A stretch of DNA of 63,941 nt, counting the filler, from Octopus bimaculoides (Eukaryota): assembly GCF_001194135.2 (NCBI RefSeq). It is 6 parts of 6 records of this genome, joined end to end, with 100 filler letters (N's around TTAATTAATTAA, not from the genome) between each part and the next. Parts side by side here need not be neighbours in the genome. Positions count along the whole stretch, not along the records: positions 1 to 22,179 come from NC_069002.1; 5 more parts are not named here. One strand, given 5' to 3'. The notes under the pieces are model-generated. The model was not told where the DNA came from, made no database searches, and saw only the letters and a list, made by a program, of their open reading frames with translations. The position numbers and the translations under genes are program-made. Positions 1-10,367 of this stretch are shown in pieces (positions within the stretch are counted from its first letter, which is position 1; each line of letters starts with the position of its first letter).

Positions 1-27
1 TATATATATATATATATATATATATAT

Positions 28-130
28 GGAGCCTGGTGTTGCCATCCGGTTTCACCAGTCCTCAGTCAAATCGTCCAACCCATGCTAGCATGGAAAGCGG
101 ACGTTAAGCGATGATGATGATGATGATGAT
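28..130 (+). mobile_element. 3' terminus of an RTE-associated retroposon (SINE or LINE 3' UTR) with (GAT)n tail
   Basis: Matches the end of the longer copy at 44421-44770 (cagtcctcagtcaaatcgtccaacccatgctagcatggaaagcggac...gatgatgat). Confidence 0.75.
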
Positions 131-439
131 ATATATATACATTTACACACATTTTTATATGCACATTCTCATACACTAATACACACATATACATACAGAA
201 GATGAGTACAATAGATAATTATAACTTAGATAACTAAGACAGGTTTCGGCCAGTATAGGCCCAGGCTATGTCGAACATAATAGCACCACCTACAACTTCC
301 CCTTCCTCTCCCACCCTGGGTTTCTTAAGTATGTAATTAAGGAAAACAGAAACTTGAAGTAGTCTGAAAACAAAAGACAAAAATGACTAAGAATAGCTAC
401 AAGAAATAGTGAGTGCATCTACCAACTATATATATATAT

Positions 440-681
440 GGTAATCTTCAAGTTTAGGGGGATAAAAAAGATAAATAAAAATATTCAAGGGAAGTAACTG
501 AACGTCTTACCAGTATTCTCCGTACATCTCTGTTTATAAATAAATCACACACGTGATTTGATTGACGTTAGGATTAGGGTTAAACAGCTAGAAGAAAACG
601 GATAATACTGGTAAGTCGTTCAGTTATTTCCCTTGAATATTTTTATTTATTTTTTTTATCCCCCTAAACTTGAAGATTACC
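440..681. mobile_element. MITE with ~85-bp terminal inverted repeats, flanked by TA
   Basis: ggtaatcttcaagtttagggg...cttaccagtatt (440-524) is the near reverse complement of 599-681; TA dinucleotides on both sides. Confidence 0.75.
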
Positions 682-1110
682 TATATATNNNNNNNNNNNN
701 NNNNNNNNNNNNNNNNNNNNNNNNNNNNNNNNNNNNNNNNNNNNNNNNNNNNNNNNNNNNNNNNNNNNNNNNNNNNNNNNNNNNNNNNNNNNNNNNNNNN
801 NNNNNNNNNNNNNNNNNNNNNNNNNNNNNNNNNNNNNNNNNNNNNNNNNNNNNNNNNNNNNNNNNNNNNNNNNNNNNNNNNNNNNNNNNNNAAATAAAAA
901 AACGAAGGATACATTAGATTGTATAGATCTCCAGAAGCTACGGTACTATGTTTAAAAGCTGGACGGGAAAAAAAGGATAGTCAAGGCTGAAATACTTTTG
1001 ATTGTAGGTCTCGTCGATTAGGGCTGACCTGTGGCTAAACAATAACAACTCACAACAAAAATAAACTCACAACAACAGAAACGAAAAATAAAACAAAAAT
1101 AAACAACAAC

Positions 1111-1538
1111 CTGGCACCGGATTTGGTAAATATTTCTGCCCACTGGTTTGGGTCGAAGAACTCTGTGGTGAACATCGGAGCAAAATCCTGGTAGGTGAAA
1201 CCTGGCCTGTAATTATCCTTCATAAATTCCACACAACTCGGGTCCCGAGCCCCATCAAGATCCCACCAAAACCACTCAGACCGAAAACTGGGCACAGAAA
1301 ACACGCCCCAATGTAGGAAGATGCCGATTTTGGCCTCGTCGTACCATTTTGGTATGAGACGTGTGTCAAGAGATTGCCAATCGGGTTTGTATGGACCGCT
1401 AGAGTCGCTGGTCCGAAATGCTGTAACGTCCCAGGATAAACTTGTTAAAGATAGTAAAAGAACCAGGAATAATGTCGATGACGACCACCAAACAGATGCA
1501 GTTGAATCCGACACCATCTTCTTTGTTATGGCTTGCAT
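1111..1538 (-). CDS. FUCA1: Alpha-L-fucosidase (GH29) exon 1, copy A; downstream exons lie in the 690-890 gap or beyond the window
   Basis: 428-bp ORF: signal-peptide-like N-terminus, then [59 protein letters not shown]....SGAR. Phase-2 donor AG|GTTGTT at 1111/1110, same position as in copy B. The symbol denotes the FUCA1/FUCA2 family. Confidence 0.9.
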
Positions 1539-1805
1539 TCAGAATCAAGGTTTATATTGCCAGTATATCTATAACAGTAATTCATAAATAGTAACTGATC
1601 AACAATTAATCTTTAGTTAAAATGATTTGTGAGTGATCATAAGAATAGACGTGAAAAATAGAAACAAACACATGACTACTGCTGCCCCTGCTGCAATTGT
1701 CCACTACTGATGTTCCTGCTGCTGCTACAACTATGTACTTATATCTGTCTCTTGCTATTATTTGTTGCTACTACAGCAACTATCTCTTCTACTATTAATG
1801 TTTTT

Positions 1806-1953
1806 GGATCTTGTTCAAAACGGGGGGCACCAGTATTTTCTTAACGAAACACTTTGAAACTTGGGACACTGGTAGAAAAAAAAAGTCTTTCGGTACCAAA
1901 AACACTACATAAAACATAAATGAAAACTGGTGCCCCCGTTTTGAACAAGATCC
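1806..1953. repeat. Short inverted-repeat element (MITE-like) ~270-420 bp upstream of the copy A ATG
   Basis: ggatcttgttcaaaacggggggcaccagt (1806-1834) vs actggtgcccccgttttgaacaagatcc (1926-1953). Confidence 0.65.
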
Positions 1954-2884
1954 ATGTTTTTTTTCTTTGTAACACGAGCACACGGCCTAACATTTTAGAG
2001 GAAGGCGAATATTCCACTAAATCGACTCCCGTACTTTATTTCGATGACCTCCACCTCCCCTCCACGAGCGATGTGAAAGGCAAAGTTATCTTCGGTGTCA
2101 TTATAGTTTAGGTACCTTATAACAACATTTTCAGGTTGTGCAATTTACAGAAATTATTGCAGCTACCACTGAGATTAATTAAAATAAACACAAACGAACT
2201 GCATCATTTAAATTGAGCCGGTACCCTTTCATATTCCACTGTTTCATCACTTTTAATTTTTCTTATAAATCTTCGACATCAGATATTTAGATATTTTAAA
2301 GATTTTGCATTAATTTTTCTGTTTCCCCTTCTAACACTTCCTTAGTTTATGTAAGTTTCCGAGTTCGTTGCATAAGCTCATCTCTATGACAATACCGGCA
2401 AGGGGGCTTTTTGATTGGTTAAAATTACATTAATTTAAATGTTTGAAACTTCTTCGTTATTTATTTCTAAAAAAAAAATAGTTTAATGCATAAAATACGA
2501 CAACTTTAACATGAAATAACTTATTAAGAACTAATTTTTGTTAAGAAGGCTAAGAGAAAAAGATGTTTTATATGACACATTCTACCAGTATCCCAAGTTT
2601 GAAAGTGTTTCGTTAAGAAAACAAATGTTGCCCGTCAAACCAAAAAGATCCGCAATTTCCGTCATCAGCATACAAAACTACAACAAAACAATATTTTTTG
2701 AAAATAATCTGGTGACAATTTGTAAAACTTCACCTCCTCCCAGGCCCACAATTATTTCTTTTCTTCACGTTCTCTCTCCGTCCTGATATTTACTGTGTCT
2801 TATTCAATTCCTATATCTAAATTATCTATCATACCCTTTTCACTCCAGTATACTTATCTACAATCTACCCATTCGTTTTTTTCT

Positions 2885-3125
2885 GTTCCTCTATCCCATG
2901 ACTTTTGGGGATCCATATAAGATTTCAGTGTTAAAGCTTATGTGCAATAATTTGGTTATACTTTTAGAATACACAAAATATTTTAACAGTTTGAAGTATA
3001 GTTCCTAAAATATTTAATTATATGAATACCATAGGATTTTCTAACCAAGGAATGGTTACAAGGGTCTGCTTGAGTAAAATAGTTATCAAAAGGGCCTATA
3101 GGTAAAAAATGGCTGAGAACCATCG
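2885..3125. mobile_element. Degenerate hAT/Charlie-type non-autonomous element
   Basis: Ends in aaaaaatggctgagaacca, resembling the ggttgagaaccactg hAT terminus; the left TIR is decayed. Confidence 0.35.
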
Positions 3126-3223
3126 CATTCTCTGTCACATACTCAACATATACCTTGACCTATATCTCCCTCTTTCTCACTTTCCAGATGGGGAAGCCTT
3201 GTATTCATCTCTTCATAGCCTTC

Positions 3224-3560
3224 ATCATAGCTGTCCCTCAATCATATCAGATCCTTTATCATAGCAGTCCCTTTATCATAGCTGTCCCTCTATCATAGCA
3301 ACGGTCCCTTTATCATAGCATCAGTCCCGCAATCATAGCAGTCCCTCTATTGTAGCAGCAGTCCCTTTATTAGAGCAGCACCTCTATCATAGCAGTCCCT
3401 TTATCATAACTATCCCTATTGTAGCTGTCCCTCTATCATAGCCATCCCTCTGTCATAGCAGTCCCTCTGTCATAGCCATCCTTCTATCATATATTCATAT
3501 CCTTCAACTATACCCAACCCATATACTTCATATTCATATCCTTCAATTATACCCAGCCCA
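3224..3560. repeat. ~17-bp minisatellite (atcatagcagtccctct)n followed by a 39-bp tandem duplication
   Basis: About 15 diverged units at 3224-3491; tattcatatccttcaa.tatacccagccca at 3492-3530 and 3531-3560. Confidence 0.85.
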
Positions 3561-4149
3561 GTCTTGTCATCCAGGTATTTGGTGACCTTACCTATGCTGG
3601 TTCCATGAAAAATGTACCTCGTACCCTCTGTGAAGTGGTTGGCAGACATTGGAGCTTGATGCATTTCTTGGGTCACCAGTTCCTGTTCAATTGTCCAGCC
3701 CATGTTAGTATTGTTAAATGATGATGATAATGATGAGAGAGATTTTTAAATTTGCTTGGAGAAATTCCAAAGCCTTTATTTGGTATTAATAATTAGTACA
3801 CTATTATTTATGCTAATTTGTACGCTATTATTTTTTACCACAGGAAACAATGTCAGGTATGTTATATGCAACTTATATAATAAGCAAGGGAGATTTGAAA
3901 GGAACAGAAGCTCTTATTTGCGTTGCTCAAGAGTAAGCATTAAGAACTAACTACATAAAATTCCACATTGACAAAATGATCAAATCGCCATTGTATGTGG
4001 ATGTAGTTTTTTGGCACAGTGGGAGTAAAAGAGACTGCATGATAATAAGGTTGCTCAAATTGTACATTGATTTTTGCATGGGAAATACAACTTGGAAATA
4101 AGCTGAAATAAGTGGTATGAACACCAGCCACTCACTATAACAGTAGACA

Positions 4150-4612
4150 ATATGGTGACATTGCTATGGGATTTCAATGGGACAATGTGACTGAGGCAAG
4201 GAGACCTAATTTGATCCTGATTGAGAACAAAGAAAGATATTGCTGGATTATTGGCATCACTATCCAGGAGATATCCATGGGTCAGAGAAGGAGGACAAAG
4301 TGGATGGGTACCAAGATTTGAAGCATAAGATAGCACATTTGTGGGAACTGGGGTAAGTGGAAGTTATACTTGCTGTGATAGGGGCACTCGGAACCGTGAC
4401 AAACCAATTTCAGAAGCGGTTTGGCAAATGGTCTGAGATGCTGCAGAAAACAGCACTACTTGGAACATCCAGGATTCTGAGAAGAGTTATATCAATGTAA
4501 CTGGAATGGAAAAGCTGACAAACCCATGGCCATTAGTTATAACTCACTCCTGAACAAGAGATATCAACATACAATCTTTCTGAGAAATGTGATAATAATA
4601 ATAACAACAATA
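4150..4612 (+). mobile_element. R4/Dong-like RLE non-LTR retrotransposon, decayed 3' fragment with (TAA)n tail
   Basis: Broken translation LLWDF..EARRPNLIL..KE..YQDL...LW..VIGALGTV..LQKTALLGTSRILRRV, typical of the RLE C-terminus; ends in gataataataataacaac. Confidence 0.8.
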
Positions 4613-4680
4613 ACATTTTGAGTTTGCATATTTATAAAGTTTTTTTTTATAAATCCTTAAAGGAAAAAAAAAAAACTTAC

Positions 4681-5051
4681 TGTGCTCCAGAAGCAGCTAA
4701 TGTATTTGCCCAGACATCAGGGTTGAAGAATTCAGCAGTGAACATTGGTGCAAAGTCAGCATAGGTGAAATCAGGTTGGTAGTTTTTGTTCATGAAATCA
4801 ATATAAGCGGGAAGTTTTGTACCTTGCCAGTTCCACCAAAACCATTCGGAACCATAACTTGGCACAGAAAACACCCCCCAGTGAAGGAAGATACCAATTT
4901 TGGCATCATCATACCATTTTGGTATTGGTCGAGTGTCCAAAGAGCACCAATCAGGAGAGTAACGCATTTGTTTAGATCCATGTGATCCCTTCTGGAAAGA
5001 AACCAAAACAGCAAGTAAAAGGAGAGCAAGAATTATCTTGGAGATTGTCAT
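4681..5051 (-). CDS. FUCA1: Alpha-L-fucosidase (GH29) exon 1, copy C (divergent); intact, with no own exons 2-8 before copy A
   Basis: 371-bp stop-free ORF: signal peptide ([19 protein letters not shown]..), then [47 protein letters not shown]...SGA. Consensus phase-2 donor CA|GTAAGT at 4681/4680. Confidence 0.88.
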
Positions 5052-5667
5052 GATTCTTTGATTTGATTTGATTTGATTTGTATTTCCTTTGGAAGCGCAA
5101 AAATGTAATTGTTTAGGTTTTAGCTAAATGGTTGCTTGCTTTCTCTGTCTACAGTCTGTCTCTTCCCAACTATATATATATGTGTGTGTCTGTGTCTGTT
5201 TGTGTGTGTGTGTGTGTGCGTGTGCACGTGTGTATGTGTGCTTCCATGCATGCAGGTGTGTGTGTGTGTGCCATATCAAAATATTACCCCTTCCTCTATA
5301 CACCTTGACACAAATACCTATTTCTCTAATGATAAACAAACAAAATTGCTTCATTTCATTTGTTGTTTTAATTGTTGTTGTTGTTGTTTTGGTCTTTGCC
5401 CCAAAATGTAAAAATAGAAGTCACATGATGTTAGATTTTTGTTTATTTTGGTCCAACTTGACACAATTTATCTGTAGTGAGGGGTAGCCGGGTGGCCATG
5501 TTATAGCTTGTCTTCTATCGGCAGCAAGTTCAATTTATCAGATATGGTTGAATGGGGTTAAAGTGCATATCACCCACCAACACCACCACCACCACCAATA
5601 CCATTATCACCATCGACACCACCACCTCCAACATCCATTATCACTTTCACTGCTACCATCCTTGTTT

Positions 5668-5702
<35 letters not shown>

Positions 5703-6228
5703 TATCCTTACTGTCATCTCTAACTCTTCATTCACTGCCATCACCACCACCATCATAATCATCACCATCACTACTACCAAGTCTACCACGACCACTATCA
5801 TCATCATCATCATCATCGTTATCGTCATCATCAGTGCTCCCACCACCACCACCACCACCACCTTCCAACACTCTCTCTCCAGCACTGCTGTAAATAACAA
5901 TTGCCATTATCACAAACAATTGTCCCCAGGTGATTGTCTGATAGACCTGATAAAAGGGCATCTGGGTTCAAATAACATTCAAGTTAGTTTTACATTTTAT
6001 TTCTTCCGGGGGGGGGGGGAAGGATGCAGATTGAAACAAAGTACTAGTTCTATATCAATGTCATGAATATATTCAACATTGTTAAAAATGCTGTCTGGCT
6101 GTGGTTTAACAGATCAAAGAATTTCAGAGTGTAATCATTTTGGACATAGTGTGTGTGTGTAAGTCATTAATATATAAAACGTACGTGTATGTGTATATAT
6201 ATATATACACACACATATACATATATCG

Positions 6229-6346
6229 CCAGGGGTGTAGCCAGCCCACTTATGAGTACCTTCCTTCATTGGACACTACACTCTGCCAGCGAAGACCTGT
6301 TGAGGCAAGTGAAACTGAATGCTAGCATGGAAAGTGGACGTTAAAC

Positions 6347-6379
<33 letters not shown>
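6229..6379 (+). mobile_element. Truncated RTE 3' UTR piece joined to the tgctagcatggaaag..(GAT)n terminus
   Basis: 6229-6319 matches the reverse complement of ~40265-40362 (3' UTR of the RTE at 40192-42530); 6320-6379 matches the terminus at 28-130, 44730-44770 and 46460-46556. Confidence 0.75.
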
Positions 6380-6380
<1 letters not shown>

Positions 6381-8482
6381 CTTTCACTTTCCATCTTTTT
6401 GAGATGTATTCAATTGTCTGTAAATTACACTGTATAATTTTTTTTTTTTTCTGCATTACACACAAAATCACATTTTCAATATCGTTCAATCTCTGTGGCT
6501 TTCTCACTAGAAGTGGGGTAGTGTAAAAACTAGCACTTCTTTTCTTCACACTTAGATTCGAAACCGAATCTAAGGATTCTTGCTCATCTGAGCCACCACT
6601 GACCAAACAGGTGCGAAAGAATTTTCTTTGTCTTGTCAAAAAATGATGAATCGTCTCCCTTCGACCTACGACCTCAGCTATGTCAGGTGAAGTTCAAATG
6701 GACAAGAGCAGACCTATTTAGACACAATCTCTCCTGTAGTATGTCTGTCTTTCTAACTGCCACGGCTGTTATAAATACCATGGTCTGCAAAGGGACAGGC
6801 AGAAAGGACCTGGGATGCAGATAGAGCACATGAGATAGCCGACCAGTATTTTCTCAGCTGAACGATGCATACACAGATGCAAAACATATTCAGTCCTACC
6901 ACATCATATCACAGATGTATCCTGTTGTTTTTATTCTTCTCAGCTCGTAGCAGTTGACAACATAATTGATGGAGTGAAAAATTGTGTGTACCAACAGCAA
7001 ATGCAAGTCTCATAAATAAATTATTTAAACTATAAATTGATACACCTTTTCCACTACATATGTATATATATATATATATAGAGTTATTAATATTTCTAAG
7101 TCTCTCTAAAGGAGACTACGACAGCGGTACTGGAAATTAATAGTTATCGCCAAGCCAACATGGCAGTCCCAAAATTAGGACGAAAGCTGCCGTGAATTAG
7201 CTCCAAGAAGCCATCGCCTCTAGCTAGCTATGTGACACACGAAACCTGTGTCCTTTATAACCTTCGAACAGGGGAGGTCAGCAGTGTCCCCCTGCTGGTT
7301 TGGTATCTGCAGACTAGTTTCAGGGTGTTGCCCCTTGTCAATGCAGAGCAGCCAAGCCCTAGCCAGGCGGCGCTGCTGACTATCTGTTCGAAAGTTATTT
7401 ATCTAATNNNNNNNNNNNNNNNNNNNNNNNNNNNNNNNNNNNNNNNNNNNNNNNNNNNNNNNNNNNNNNNNNNNNNNNNNNNNNNNNNNNNNNNNNNNNN
7501 NNNNNNNNNNNNNNNNNNNNNNNNNNNNNNNNNNNNNNNNNNNNNNNNNNNNNNNNNNNNNNNNNNNNNNNNNNNNNNNNNNNNNNNNNNNNNNNNNNNN
7601 NNNNNNNNNNNNNNNNNNNNNNNNNNNNNNNNNNNNNNNNNNNNNNNNNNNNNNNNNNNNNNNNNNNNNNNNNNNNNNNNNNNNNNNNNNNNNNNNNNNN
7701 NNNNNNNNNNNNNNNNNNNNNNNNNNNNNNNNNNNNNNNNNNNNNNNNNNNNNNNNNNNNNNNNNNNNNNNNNNNNNNNNNNNNNNNNNNNNNNNNNNNN
7801 NNNNNNNNNNNNNNNNNNNNNNNNNNNNNNNNNNNNNNNNNNNNNNNNNNNNNNNNNNNNNNNNNNNNNNNNNNNNNNNNNNNNNNNNNNNNNNNNNNNN
7901 NNNNNNNNNNNNNNNNNNNNNNNNNNNNNNNNNNNNNNNNNNNNNNNNNNNNNNNNNNNNNNNNNNNNNNNNNNNNNNNNNNNNNNNNNNNNNNNNNNNN
8001 NNNNNNNNNNNNNNNNNNNNNNNNNNNNNNNNNNNNNNNNNNNNNNNNNNNNNNNNNNNNNNNNNNNNNNNNNNNNNNNNNNNNNNNNNNNNNNNNNNNN
8101 NNNNNNNNNNNNNNNNNNNNNNNNNNNNNNNNNNNNNNNNNNNNNNNNNNNNNNNNNNNNNNNNNNNNNNNNNNNNNNNNNNNNNNNNNNNNNNNNNNNN
8201 NNNNNNNNNNNNNNNNNNNNNNNNNNNNNNNNNNNNNNNNNNNNNNNNNNNNNNNNNNNNNNNNNNNNNNNNNNNNNNNNNNNNNNNNNNNNNNNNNNNN
8301 NNNNNNNNNNNNNNAGAAAGGGGACAGAGGTGTCAGAGACAGTACAGGAGAAGTGGAGGGCAGGATGGAAAGATTGAACGAAAGAGAGGAACGAGTCAAG
8401 ATGTTCACGGGAGAGAGAGGTGGCACCGATACAGTCGTCGATATACCGACCGTATAGTTCGGGAGTGGGACCAGTGAAACTG

Positions 8483-8668
8483 TGTCTTTCTGTCTATCTT
8501 TCTATCTGTCTGTCTGCCTGTCTGTCTGTATGTATGTATAGATAGATAGATATATAGATATGTGCATATATATATATATACATATGCACATATCTATATA
8601 TCTATCTATCTATACATACATACAGACAGACAGGCAGACAGACAGATAGAAAGATAGACAGAAAGACA
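8483..8668. repeat. Perfect 87-bp inverted duplication of a compound microsatellite around a 12-nt (TA)n centre
   Basis: 8483-8569 is the exact reverse complement of 8582-8668 (checked base by base). Confidence 0.95.
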
Positions 8669-8701
8669 GACAGATAGAGAGAGAAAGAGAAAGAGAGCAT
8701 G

Positions 8702-8707
8702 TTTATT
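8702..8707 (-). terminator. Candidate polyadenylation signal AATAAA overlapping the FUCA stop codon
   Basis: Minus strand reads GAT GAA TAA AC; AATAAA spans 8707->8702. Confidence 0.45.
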
Positions 8708-8958
8708 CATCAAGGTTTGTAATTTTAAACACCCACGCCCAGTCACACGGTAAGCTTGATATAGGGATGTCTGGTAGGTCAATTTTAAGCCCAGTCATAG
8801 AATAGTAACTGTATGTAAATATATTTGGATAGCCAAGCATGCGGACAACTGTTGCTGATGTTGGTTTTGCAGCTCCAAGGATGAGCATGTTATTGTTTGG
8901 CCAAAACAACGTAGTAGCATACACAACTTTTGTGTTGTTTTCCATTTTACTGGTATAC
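8703..8958 (-). CDS. FUCA1: FUCA copy B exon 8 (terminal)
   Basis: Acceptor ctccag|G TAT ACC AGT AAA ATG; [30 protein letters not shown]. Confidence 0.93.
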
Positions 8959-9896
8959 CTGGAGGAGAGAGAAATAGCAAAACAAGAAAAACAGATAATG
9001 GCATAGGTTTATTATGTATTCATACATATATACACATTTATATATTTTACAGAGAAGAAAGTAAATTTTGAATGCAGTAAAGCTGTAAAAACAGCAGAAG
9101 ATTGAGTATTTGCCCTTATCAGAAAGAGAAAAAAGTTGCCAGCAGGCAGCTATGGGAGTTGAACTTGTATCCCTCAAATACTGGCTGAGAGCTTCTACCA
9201 TTAAGCTAAATGACCCTTGACAACAATTACCACTAATTTTTAATGCTAAATTACAGTTTTTTGAATGTGACAACATTTTATAACAAACTTTGCAAGCGTC
9301 GAATGTGGTTGGATATGTAGACAGACAGAGAGACAGATAGGTAGACACAGAAATATCCTGTATACATGCATACACACATGCATAGATATGCAGAGACCTA
9401 TATGCACACTCATACATATATACATACATAGATGCCGAGTAAACTATTTGTGAAATAAACCAAACAAGGGAGTCGCTACGTTGGTGATTGATGTTCTAGA
9501 AATAGTAGCCAAATGTTTCTACTGTCTTATAAAAAATGAAGGGCACATTGGTAAATGTTTTTCAAGGTACACAATGTCAGCTAAATGATGCCTAAACAGC
9601 AACAAGAATAACAACATCTAAAATATTTCAGACAAATGAAGATAATGAAAGGAAGTATTCTTACCAAACTTTCTTTGTATACGTGTCATTCTGGTGGGTC
9701 CAAGGTTTGCTGGCATAGATGGCCTCTCCATTGACTTTGAGCCACTGACCAACTTGGACCAATCTTTCTTCAAAAATTGGAGCAATACGTCCATCGTGGG
9801 TGGGTCCAACGTTCATAAGAAGATTTCCTCCACAGCTAAGAATCAATTAGTTGATACAATCAATTGACAACAGCAGCATTAGCAAGTAAAGTACCA

Positions 9897-9930
<34 letters not shown>

Positions 9931-10324
9931 GTGGAGGCACAATGGCCCAGTGGTTAGGGCAGCGGACTCGCGGTCATAAGATCGCGGTTTCGATTCCCAG
10001 ATTGGGTGTTGTAAGTGTTTATTGAGCGAAAACACCTAAAAGCTCCTCGAGGCTCCGGCAGGGGATGGTGGCGAACCCTGCTGTACTCTTCCACCACCAC
10101 TTTCTCTCACTCTTTCATCCTGTTTCTGTTGTGCCTGTAATACAAAGGGTCAGCCTTGTCATACTGTGTCATGCTGAATATCTCCGAGAACTACGTTAAG
10201 GGTACACGTGTCTGTGGGGTGTTCAGCCACTTGCACGTTAATTTCACGAGCAGGCTGTTCCATTGATCGGATCAACTGGAACCCTCGACGTCATAAGCGA
10301 CAGACTGCTAACAGCAACAACAAC

Positions 10325-10367
<43 letters not shown>

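Noticed and set aside
225-275. Hammerhead-like remnant on the minus strand (cctg ggcc tatact ggcc gaaa cctgtc)
   Set aside because: The ANGA part of the core is missing and stem I is unconvincing; at best a dead relic.
3470-3703. 77-aa ORF with a repeated IEGYEY motif
   Set aside because: The repeat comes from a 39-bp DNA duplication and the ORF runs into a minisatellite; I recognise no homolog or splice context.
5124-6066. ORFs rich in CV/HT/YI/poly-I/poly-H (also most ORFs at 35-36 kb, 43.8-47.2 kb, 55-57 kb and 63 kb)
   Set aside because: They are translations of di- and trinucleotide microsatellites or N runs, with no domain content or splice support.
9932-10010. tRNA-like A and B boxes (also 19515, 20168, 30508, 61672)
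   Set aside because: They continue into SINE bodies and tails and do not complete a cloverleaf; these are SINE heads, not tRNA genes.
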